Below, piece after piece: positions 53,893-64,000 of a stretch of 64,000 nucleotides of DNA. The translations under genes were made by a program, and so were the position numbers. The notes below the pieces were generated by a model, which had not been told where the DNA came from, searched no databases, and worked only from the letters and a program-made list of their open reading frames with translations. This stretch comes from Spizellomyces punctatus DAOM BR117 (lineage: Eukaryota). The stretch lies in assembly GCA_000182565.2 (NCBI GenBank), contig KQ257462.1; one strand, written 5' to 3'. The first letter of the stretch is position 1; each line of letters opens with the position of its first letter.

Positions 53893-54365
53893 ATAGGGGT
53901 ACGTCTGGCCAGGTTACAAGTATAATTTTCCTGTATATAGAATGAATTTATGAATAGAACTGTGTACATGAGCGACTTTTACCTTTTCCTCACTTGGCTG
54001 ACGCTTGACACAATTATGTCGAGAATGAAGTCTACCATTCCTTGGTCATTAGCAGGCAGCGTCTTCGGCTTTAACGTTTCATACGGTCAGCAAAGACACT
54101 GACTGCATGAGCATTTATCAACGTCGATCACAGTGCTGGTTACTTGTCACTCACAAAAGCTTTCTTATAGAACATATATTGACTAGGACCACAAGCAAGT
54201 TTATGTACAATCACCATCAACATCATACTAAAAAAAAGCCTCTGCAATTTTCAAAATGTACAAATTGATTTCCCTTCCTCGACCTGCCATGTAGCGTTTT
54301 TTTTCATGCCCAAACAATCAAGAATCATCGCGGCATCCAAGAACAACAGCTAAGTACATAACGCA

Positions 54366-54770
54366 TCACTCAAGTTTCCTTTGGATCGCTTTCTTGAAAT
54401 AGGCTTTTTAAAATATTGTAAGTAATTAGATCTTGATTTCCAAAAACGTAAATAAACAAATGACTTTACCAGTAGTCTTTTGAGTATGATCATTTTTGAT
54501 AAAGTACCTCGGCTCCTCAGGGGAAGCCCGAACATGACGACCGCCAATGTCGACTGGACAGGTCTCAATATCCTCAATCGTACCTGTCGTGGTCTGCATA
54601 GAACCTTCAACGGGATGATACTCAACCCGATCACCAATTTTGAGTTCAGCGCGGGTTTTCTCGATTTCGGAACCAGGTCTGGGTGTGCCTTTTCCGTGGT
54701 CTGTTTCCGTTGTGCAGGGGCCTTTGTGTTCGGCGTGGAGGGATGCTGCAGGGCGTTCGGTGGTTGCCAT
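54366..54770 (-). CDS. Hva1-like Tudor-domain protein (DUF2945 family), 2 exons
   Basis: LKIGDRVEY...TTGTIEDI...VRASPEEPRYFIKNDHTQKTT|AYFKKAIQRKLE*. Confidence 0.75.
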
Positions 54771-57361
54771 TTTTTTAAAAGAGATAAACTTTGTTGTTGT
54801 GAGGGGGCGTAGAGTGCGATGGATGGGTACTGGATGTGTGCTACTGGTTCGTGTAAAGTGGGCAAAGAAAGTTGGTTTTAAAGAATGGGATAAATTGGGT
54901 TTGAGTATTCTCATGTCCTTTTTAAATGTCCAACTCAGCTTTATGGTCATATAGGTCTTTTTTACTCCAAAAACTTGTGTGTGAGTTCATGATACGTAAC
55001 GATCTCTTTGTGTTTTCTTTTACGAGATGGGATTCCCTGGTCTGAACCCCCCCCCCCCCCCCCCCCCCCCAAATTGGGAGGGGTGGGGGGGCTCCCGATG
55101 ACTTTTTAGGGGCTTTGGAACCCCTATGAGCAAAACCTTTCCAAGAAAGGAATTTGAGTTCCCCACCTTGTCGAGATCGACTATTCTGACGAGAAATACA
55201 GAACCAAGGACCTTGATATCAAACAGTATAATTCTATCCTCACTCTTATAATCTAGTAGAGTAGCCATCTTTGCGTGTTGCCACACAAAGCGACTACTGC
55301 ATGTTTGCAGGAAAATGAGCAACGAAGAACGGTGCTAATGCCTTCACAGATAAGGCATATTTCTATTAAAAGGGTCATTGACGCAGTAATGGTCACCTTT
55401 GAGAGAAGCGTGGACGTTGCAAAGTAAAACCAAATCACAGCCGTCGTAAAATCTTGCAGGCGAGAAGACTAGTTTGTCGCTGATCATGATAAACTCTAAA
55501 AGGGGCGGATCGACCTTGCCCGAACTTATTCAGCACAAAACTATATACACATAGGTCCTCAGTTTGTCAATGTCGTAGTCCCCTATCCAGTAATGTCCAA
55601 ACACTTTTTCCTGGTGCACATTGAGATTTACCTCGCTAAACATCTCACGGATCTCGGTGCGTTGCAATTACCCCAAAACAAAGACTGTACATAGCAGAAC
55701 AAAAACCATGCACAAGTCATAGCCGCAGAGCAAAAAGTACTTGTAATCCAGCACCTGATGACGATACAAAAAAAAAAGAGTTGCCACAGGTGCTCCGTTC
55801 ACATGTCGCCCACTGTCAACTGATATTTAGTCAAGTAGTCGGGTTCGGATGTTCTAAACCGCGCAAATCCCCTTCATAACATCGACTCAACATCTGATTA
55901 TCAGCACCATATCCCTGCTGTGCGTCCCATCACAAATACAATACATTTGACTCAAATATCCCGCTGGCTGATAACAAACACTGCTAATAAGTGTAGTAAT
56001 GTAGAGAACGCCATATGAAGGAATTGGTTGCAACAGTTGCTCTGCATCTTACATAATGACAATTGTACGTAATAACGGGATGATGGAACTGGATTAAACA
56101 ATACCGAATCCGAGATGATTTGGAATCCTAAAAAGTGCGCAGGTATTCCAAGAAAGGGAATGAGTGTCAAAAAGTGCAACGAAAGATGGGTTCACTCTAC
56201 TGAGGGTGCGTCAAGAAAATGGTTTGGATTGAAAAGTCAATCAAAAGATTGTTATAGTGGCGGTTAAGGGAAACTTGTGTTTGAATTGAGACAAAAGGCT
56301 CGCTCTATCATAGTATTCGATGATACAATCACATCGGTAACAGACGTGAGCAAGAAATGATCATCACAAAATAGATTTGCTCAAACGTTCTCTTTCAACG
56401 GCGAGCTCCCTCCAAACCCACATTGCTTGTCCGATTCCGCCGTATTCACTCCTACTTGCAATCTCGTCATCATCATCATCATCACCTGATACTCCCAAGA
56501 AAACCAAGGCAAAAGACAAAGGTTTATCATCCCTGTGCACAAGGTAAGGAATGAACCAGCAAGATTACCAGAGCTCGGAAGCATGAAAAAGAAAAGCAAA
56601 TGAAAATTCCATGTGAAGTGGCTAAAATAACGTAAAGACATATGCAAAAGGTGTGAGAAAACGAATTGCACAGCCAAAAAGAAAAACCAAACTGTTTTTC
56701 AATACCCCAATCTAAACATATGAATGAGCCCCCCCTTTGGGGAGACAAGGAGACAAGCCTTAAGGCGTTCTTGCTTGGTCGTCCACCTATAATCGAAAAC
56801 AGCATTCTTACAATCGGAACTTTGGGGGAAGGAAAAAAAAAAAACACCTCAGCCATTAAATGTTGCAGGGTTCATTTTTGATCGTATTTGTCTCTTTTAC
56901 CGGAGGCATTTACAATAAAACTCGCCAACAAAAGGGCGTTTTTATGTCACCCAGAGTCTGAAGATTGTGATGCAAGTAGGCATTTTAAAAAAAGGGATAT
57001 TATGTGTAAAGGGATTAATATGACCTTAGCGTATCCCCCGCCCCACTTGGAAAAAAAAAAAACGGAGCCGGGTTGGATCTAAACGTCACGAACAGATCTT
57101 TATCCGTTCGCACCTGTCGATAATCTGAATGTGATTCCGACCATTTTTGGATGACCAGAGATACATAGTAGGGGACAGATATATTATAAATGAGATTTTG
57201 AAAAGGCGTAAAGGTTTGGTAAATAAAATGATTCAAAAGGCGGGATTGTTGACCATCCCTGTCTCACACCGACAAGAACTTAGATCGATCGGAGCGGAGC
57301 GAGATCTGCTAGAAAAAGGTCCAGCCAAATGTTCCAGCACCCACCCAACAACAAATCAACT

Positions 57362-58674
57362 TCACTCAGCAATCACCTCCCGTCTCCCTTCGTAAACCCC
57401 AACAAGGCGATCCCCCACAATTTCCAAGGCAGCCCGATTTCCGCCATACACGCTCGATATACCGACATCAATCACAAGGACTTGGTTCTTACATCGAGAC
57501 AGGATTTCTCCGCGGAGTTGGGGTGTGTGGCCAATGACCATGCGATGAGCCTGTGATGCCAGTTAGAGGGGTAGATAAGACGGGGAGGAATAGTGTGCAA
57601 TATACCTTGAGGGCGTTGAGGGCATTCTCGAGCGTTTTGCAGACAACGCGCTCGTCGTCTTGAGCGTAACCGCGGTACCAGAGGGGACCATCGCCTCCAA
57701 ATAGTGGGACATGGTAGAGTTTGGAAGGGGGCAGGGTTTGGAGGTATGTTTGTGATTCGGTGTTGAGGGTGGGAATACCGTAGTGGGCCCACTTGGGGTG
57801 TAGGCTTATAGATCGAATTGAGTTGGTAAGAAAAAACGTCATGTAAACGGTTCCATGTAACAGAAAAGGACTTACCCGCCGTGAAGGAAAATGGTCCCAT
57901 TCACATTGGCTACAATATCCCATGTTCGCAAATACTTTCCCAGCCATCCTAACAAGAGGGTATCAAGTAAGCCATCGACCATGGTGTATATGCACAAACA
58001 AAGGAACATTACCCTCCCGTCCCCAATCCCGCTTTCGTTGTTCCAACCCACCAAAACTCTCTATATCTTCTGGTGTAACATATCGATAGTCTTCCATCAT
58101 GTTCATAACTTCGTGATTGCCTAAAAGGGGAATGACCTATGCAGGATATGAGGAATACAGTAATGTTTGTTGACTGCCAAAACGAGAGTCTTACCTTTCC
58201 ACCAGCTGTGACAGCTTGTTCAGATAGATTCTGCATGAGCTTGTATAATCGGATAGTATCGGGTCCTCTGTCGACTATATCTCCCTAAATATCACAACCA
58301 ATGCATCATTTATGTGCTTTTTAAAAAGAATGTTTTCAAACAAAAACGGTACGAACCGTTTGAACAAAAACCGTCCGTCCAGCAACCCATTCCCCTTTCC
58401 GGTTCGCGATCCCCGCCATTCGCAAAACCGCCAAAGCATTGGCATAATCTCCATGTAGATCCCCCACAGCAACGATCCGCAACGGTTCTTTCTGAATAGA
58501 GTCGTGGAGTGCGATCGGGACTGGAAACACGTTAAAATGGGCAAGAAGATGACTTGTGAGGTAGGCGAGGAATCCGCCTGTAAGGAGGAGGAGGATGGGT
58601 CGGAGTTTGGAGGGTGGAGGTACAGGTGTGGGACGGGGCTGTGGATTGGAACGAGGTGCTTTCCGTGGTGGCAT
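57362..58674 (-). CDS. Calcineurin-like metallophosphoesterase (Shewanella-like phosphatase) with N-terminal TM, multi-exon
   Basis: GDLHG, GDIVDRG, GNHE, FLHGG, GPLWYRG, GHTPQ and IDVGIS motifs; TM ILLLLTGGFLAYLTSHLLAHF. Confidence 0.9.
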
Positions 58675-59239
58675 TGTGATGCAAATACTGAAATGATTCA
58701 CACCCTTTTCACAAACACGCACTCTGCGTGTTGATGACTGTGCCATTTATGGTTTGTTTATCTTCATGACGAAATTGTCTGCACTTGATATTTTAAACGA
58801 CGGACAATCAAGTTCGAAAATGTATTCATTGTAGTTCATGCAGGTCCACTGGGAGCAGTACCAAAAAAAATGTATTGTGTGCACATTATTAATCTGTTAT
58901 GACCAAGTCCACATCCTACGAAAAACTAACGAAAATACGTCTTTTCTTGGAAGCACACTGCAGAATCCCATCAAAGAAAAAAAAAAAAAAAGAAACACAT
59001 AACAAAATAATCGCTTGAGGGCAATATATTACAAGAAGAAAAAAAAATAATAAAACCACACATGACGTGCGATGGGGGAAGACTCGTTTTTTGTGCAAAA
59101 CCAGCCCATTCCCTCCATTTTTCAGTTTTTTTTTCCTCCTTCTTTTGTTCCAAACCACTATTTGTCCATGTAATCAACTATCCGACAACAAAAAAAAAAG
59201 AAAAAGACAGTTGTGCGCAACCCCATAATCGACTTTTCC

Positions 59240-61382
59240 TTAATACCACGCATGGGGTGCAGGCGGTACCTGCGCCCTTCCACTCCTCATTAAACCCTCT
59301 CTTTGTTGCTGTTGTTGCTGCTGCTGCATATGATGAATACCCTCGTACCTCTCTTCAAACCTCTCGTACACCCCTCTAGGAGTGTATTGATGATAATGGT
59401 CGGTTGCAGCAGGAGGTACAGAAGGTGTGTAATGGTACTCGTAGCTTGGATTCCGGATAGGCGACACCGGGACGCGAGTGGGCGTACGGGAGGGAGTCCG
59501 TTTCACAGACGTGCTATGATGCGTTCCGTCCAAGACAGTGAGTTTGGTGGGTGTGTGTGGTGCGTGGGAGTTTGTACTCCAGGACTGCGCTCTGTTACCT
59601 TGGTCCGACGAGCGGGTGTACGGATGAAAGGCAGAGTTGAGACGCGGCGGTGGAAGGTTGGGGGCGCTTGGTTGGTCATGAGAGATATCGTGAATGCCGG
59701 GGAGGGGGTATCGATCGTATGGCGGCATCTGTTGGGTTATCTCGCGGTTTGGATGGTAGGCTGGCAGCGGGGCACCCGTCACAAGACTGTCGATAGAGAT
59801 GCGGGGAGCTGCGTGATTGGATGGAATGTCTGTTCTGTGAAGGCCATTCATACGAGGAGGATGCGGTCCCATCCAGGTATCCATAGAACTGCCTGTGGAG
59901 AGATGTGAGGCGATGCTGCTGCGCCGGTCGCCGACGGTGGATATGGGGCTGGGAAGAGGACTGTCGCCCATGCTGAGCGAAGCATAAGGGAGATGATCCA
60001 GCTCGGAGGCAGGGGAGGTGGCCAAATAAGTGGGTGATTGGATAAGGAGGGAGCTGGGAGCCACATGAACTCTTCTGACGGTTTCTTTCCCATTGTAAGT
60101 CGGTCTCCGCACTTGCTCGTTGGAGAGCCGCTTTGCCGAGCGGTTCATGTCATAGCCTGGCGGTGGTTGTGCAAAAGGCGGGTCTTTGGTATCATGATGG
60201 TCCTCTGTTTTGCGTTTGATGACTTTGCTGTTGACAGTGAAAACCTTGTGAGTGAGTGTGCTTATCAACAAACGATATGATGCAAGAGAAAAATGCTTAC
60301 CGGCGCAATTTAGGTTCATTGCGAACTCGTAGTCGAACGCCTTGTTCAGCAAAGCACCGGCAAAGCGGCGTCGATTCTGTTGTTTCAGTATGCATTCTCG
60401 GTTAGTACTCAGAGGACGTGTAACAAAACTCTGTTGTGCATACCAGCCATTCCCGGGAACGATTTTCCATAGACATAAAACGGCTCCGTTAAACTCTTTG
60501 CGCGACAATGAACCGCACCTCTACAATGAAAGCAAAGCATTGGCCGCAATGATGAGGAATACCATTCTGCAGAGAGTGAACATAGGAATGGATCCCACTC
60601 ACCCACTAATCTCAAATAAATTCAACATGAGTCTAAACCGCCCTTCAATCTTGACTCCCAAATTGCAAAAGACAAAAAAGGCTCCATCGACGTTCTCGTT
60701 ATCCTTGAGCCGGGCCATGGAGGTTACGACAGTGCCATTGAGAAGATGCCGCCCGTTCTCATCCTCGCGGCCGACGACTTCTTCATCCTTTTCATGATGC
60801 CACAGAGTTGCATAACACATGTAATATGGATTGTGGAGGGTATCCCTGTTGTGATTTGCGCCGCGTTAGATGACATGTGTGGGAGACAGAAAACGCATTG
60901 GCCGGGCGGAGACTTACGAGTAGATGGTGCCAGTGTGCCGGTTGGCAACGTGCACTAGACAAAACAATTCAACAGCGGAACCCAAAAAAAAACGCGTCAG
61001 CAAAAGCAATCTCCAGTAGAGACAACAAAAGATAAACATTTTGTTTGGAAACTTACATTGCGCAACCGGCGGTGGGTCTAGCGGACGTCGATCTCCTGCA
61101 AAGAAGAAAACAACGTACGTTAGCGCGAGAACCAAGAGAACTAAAAATGTAAACAATGCATCTATAACGACGACGACGACCATCAATCTGTTTTTGGCAG
61201 TTTGTTCCAAATGGCCCAAATGGGGTGCTTTGGTATTTACCTCTATCGGTAAAGCCGCATGCTCGCGCGCGTTCCGGCTGTTGTCGAATAGTCAACTGGT
61301 GTTCTCTAGAATAACAAAAAGAAATAAAAAAAAAAAAAGAGAGATGGAACGAGTCCGTTAGCGTTGTGCGCGCGCACATCAT
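59240..61382 (-). CDS. Velvet-domain transcription regulator (VosA/VelB-like), multi-exon
   Basis: LTIRQQPERARACG|DRRPLDPPPV, LNGTVVTS..LKD...GAFFVFCNLGVKIEGRFRL, TEPFYVYGKSFPGMA|ESTPLCRCFAEQGVRLRVR; Pro/Ser/His-rich tail with Q8. Confidence 0.92.
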
Positions 61383-61648
61383 GGAGGTGAGCGGAGTATA
61401 TCTTTATATTCCAAGCACTTTTTCTCTTTTGTGTCTCTTTACCTCAAACTCAAGGGGGATTCGCTATTGAGATATTCCGTGTGCGGAACAAATGTATACG
61501 GCGTATTGTCGCTGACACTGGCCATTTTGCCGGGCTCCGGGTTCATTGCCAACAAACAACAACCGACGTATGTGTGTGTGTGTATGCGTGTTTAAACGAT
61601 GCGCGCGTGTGTGTGTGTTGCGTAGAAACACCAACAAAGCGAGAGCGA

Positions 61649-61651
<3 letters not shown>

Positions 61652-61679
<28 letters not shown>
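61652..61679 (+). repeat. (TG)14 microsatellite within a cluster of TG runs upstream of the velvet gene
   Basis: Read directly; shorter TG runs at about 61570, 61608, 61725 and 61829. Confidence 0.95.
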
Positions 61680-61682
<3 letters not shown>

Positions 61683-63742
61683 TGCAAGTGCTATAAATCG
61701 CCGTGTCTCTTTTCCCCCGTCTGCGTGTGTATGTGTGTTTACGTCAAGGGTCCCTTTGTTGCCTGTCGGGAGGGGAGGGGGGCCTTGCAAGCTCTCGACC
61801 TTGTTTGCTCTACTCGACCTTGCTCGCCGTGTGTGTGTGTGTTGCCGTGGGGGTTGTGTGCCAAAAAGTGTGTTCCAAAGGTCGCCGTACGCCGAGGAAA
61901 TGGCCTTCTAAAGGGGGAGAGAGAGGGAACGATGGACGAAGGTCTGGGTCTGGGTCCTGATACGAGTTTCTGGAACGCTTGCAACCTGGGGGTCAATTTT
62001 CAAGCAGTTTGTAGAAAATAAAAAAAGGGGGGGCCAAGTCTCCAGGCGGAAAAAGAAAAAAAATTATAAAAAACACTTTGAGAGAGAAGGAGGGGGAAAG
62101 CCGGAATCAAGCAAAGCGCAATGAAATCGTATGGGCCTTTTTGTCCGATGCAAAAGGGCTCTCGTATTTTTATAGCGCGCTTAACAGTATACGCAAACTT
62201 TATCGTGTTATTAGTGTGTGTAGTTTTGGGGCGTGTGTGCGATGGGGAGGGACGTAGGGGGGGGAGAGAAGGCGGCGGGGAGAAGAGGCAATTTGGGGAA
62301 AAGCCTCTTTCAAAAACTTTTAATTTCGTGGATTATAAGGGCAAAAGAGTTGCCAAAAAGCCGCAAACAATAAGACAAACGACGACGACGGACTTTTGGA
62401 CAATACGCAGAGAGAGACTTGTGCATTTTAAACAGCCTTTCTGTGAAAGCATTTTCCTTCTGCCCTTGTCATAAGATGCGTGAGAATGGAAGCAGTTATC
62501 CTGTACAGTTATGCTGGGGAGGAGAAGAGTGTGTGCTGGGTGTGTATGGGTGTTGGGTGGATGGGGAAAAGGGCAAACCATTCCAGAGATTCGGTAAGGA
62601 GGGACAAAAGCGGGTCTCCGTTTTCTGCAGAGCCAAGTGTTCAAATCTCTCTTGGCTTGCAGCTTATGGCTGCTGCGACTGCTGCGGTGTTTGTGTTTTG
62701 TAGGTGGGCGAGTCCTGACCACATCCTCTCCTTTGGATCGTATAGATGGCGAGAGACAAGAAAAGAATCACTTTTTGCAATGCAATTTGCTGACAAAGCA
62801 CATCTTGTTCCTATTCTTCTGGCAACTTGCTCTTTCAATATCACTCTCATTTGTCCCGTGGCCTCTCCCCTCAAATGGCTGACACAATGGGGACAAACAG
62901 GCAGAGTTTCTCCAATGGGAGATGATCACATCACCAAATCTCACATCACAATAACAACTGTGCCAACAGAAAAAAAGGGCGCTATTTCTCCAGGCTCGTT
63001 CTGGCCTTGGTCCCATTCATTTTTACCGCAGTGCCGAGGGTTCATTTTGCCAACAACACTTTTGTTTTTTTTCCTTGCTGAGGCTGCGACAGGCTGCCAC
63101 AGGCTGCCACAGGCTGTCAGAGGGCTGCAAGAGTGATCCAATGTATCTAACGTGCGTTTTCATGTGCAATTGCCAAAAACACATGGCAAAGCAACAGGAA
63201 AGAAACCGACGAAAAGTGTCTCCCATCAGTCCCTTTTAACTTCCGTCGATTCATCCGAATCCATCAATCTGGTACCTTGGTAGAGCCCTGCAAATTTTAT
63301 ATCAACAACTGGGCGTTCACTAGCCGGCGGCATTTCACATCTTTGGGTTTGGTCAGATGACATGGACAGCCACAATGTCGGGACGACCGGAGGAGCGGAA
63401 CAGAAACCAAGCAAAACGACATTCAGAAACAGACGACGACGACGAGCAGGAGGAAGATGAGTGACAAATGACAACCAATGACAAGATTTGGACACAATTG
63501 AGCAATCAGCCCAGGCAGAGCCAAGAACACACACACATACATACACACATACGACATGCATACGCAATGAATGGTCCCCCCCCCCCCCCCCCCCACAAAA
63601 AGGCATCAGGTAACAAAGGGTCAATATACGAAAATCCAGGGAAAAAAAGTAAAATCTCATACGTTTTTTTTTTTGGGGGGGGGGCTGTGTATGTAGTTGT
63701 GTTATAAAAAAAAAATAAAAACCTTTTAAACAGTCAAGCTTA

Positions 63743-64000
63743 TTACAGCTTCCACTGCGAGATCAACGTTTGACAAATGCTTTGGTACGCAAGCGACGAC
63801 CCCTTCTTCCTGCTCAGCTGCAACGCATGCATGTTGGTCCCTTTCAGACGGCAAATCTCAATTTCAAACGTAGATTGTGCCGTTGTGCAGTGAATCTTGT
63901 ACCGATTGGTTTGATACTGCACTCGGTTGGTGTTGAGGACGCGCTCGATTTCCGATACGATTTCTTCGGGTGGTTTCATGGACGTCGTATCCGCGCCAAA
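63743..64000 (-). CDS. C-terminal KA1 domain of a MARK/Kin1-type kinase; partial
   Basis: TTSMKPPEEIVSEIERVL...FEIEICRL...LQLSRKKGSSLAYQSICQTLISQWKL*. Confidence 0.88.
   Translation of the reverse strand, partial: FGADTTSMKPPEEIVSEIERVLNTNRVQYQTNRYKIHCTTAQSTFEIEICRLKGTNMHALQLSRKKGSSLAYQSICQTLISQWKL

Noticed and set aside
55047-55096. C24 tract followed by a G-rich run (also poly-C at about 37660, 39114 and 63576) as G4/i-motif elements
   Set aside because: Homopolymers are frequent in these intergenic regions and are error-prone in assembly; no functional evidence.
56080-56270. WNWIKQYR fragment resembling a Tc1/IS630 HTH
   Set aside because: Very short, interrupted by stops, with no DDE domain or terminal inverted repeats.

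Overview
Gene-dense, intron-rich eukaryotic DNA with short GT-AG introns (mostly 50-110 nt). The gene content (velvet factor, T-box factor, Rap1, RalGAP-alpha, Tudor-SN) points to an early-diverging fungus, most plausibly a chytrid; the organism assignment is inference. I can support about 21 protein-coding genes: a YMR315W-like oxidoreductase (partial), a CBS protein, TspO, RFC2, a KASH-like protein, PTC7, a histidine phosphatase, CFT1/CPSF1, a DUF4243 protein, a T-box factor, a PPR protein, SND1, RAP1, RalGAP-alpha, an F-box-like protein, an arrestin-like protein, an Hva1-Tudor protein, a Shewanella-like phosphatase, a velvet factor, a KA1 kinase end (partial) and one possible orphan. There are also three intact tRNAs and several decayed tRNA copies. 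Main hunting results: (1) a tail-anchored KASH-like protein with EF-hand-like and coiled-coil regions and an array of more than 20 LC8-type QT motifs; (2) a Brachyury-like T-box gene with altered DNA-contact residues, bracketed by two identical inverted tRNA-Lys genes; (3) a tandem array of decayed tRNA-Lys units with expanded anticodon loops; (4) Rap1 directly next to a RalGAP-alpha gene; (5) two duplication-flanked inserts. Exon boundaries were inferred by eye and no database searches were run.
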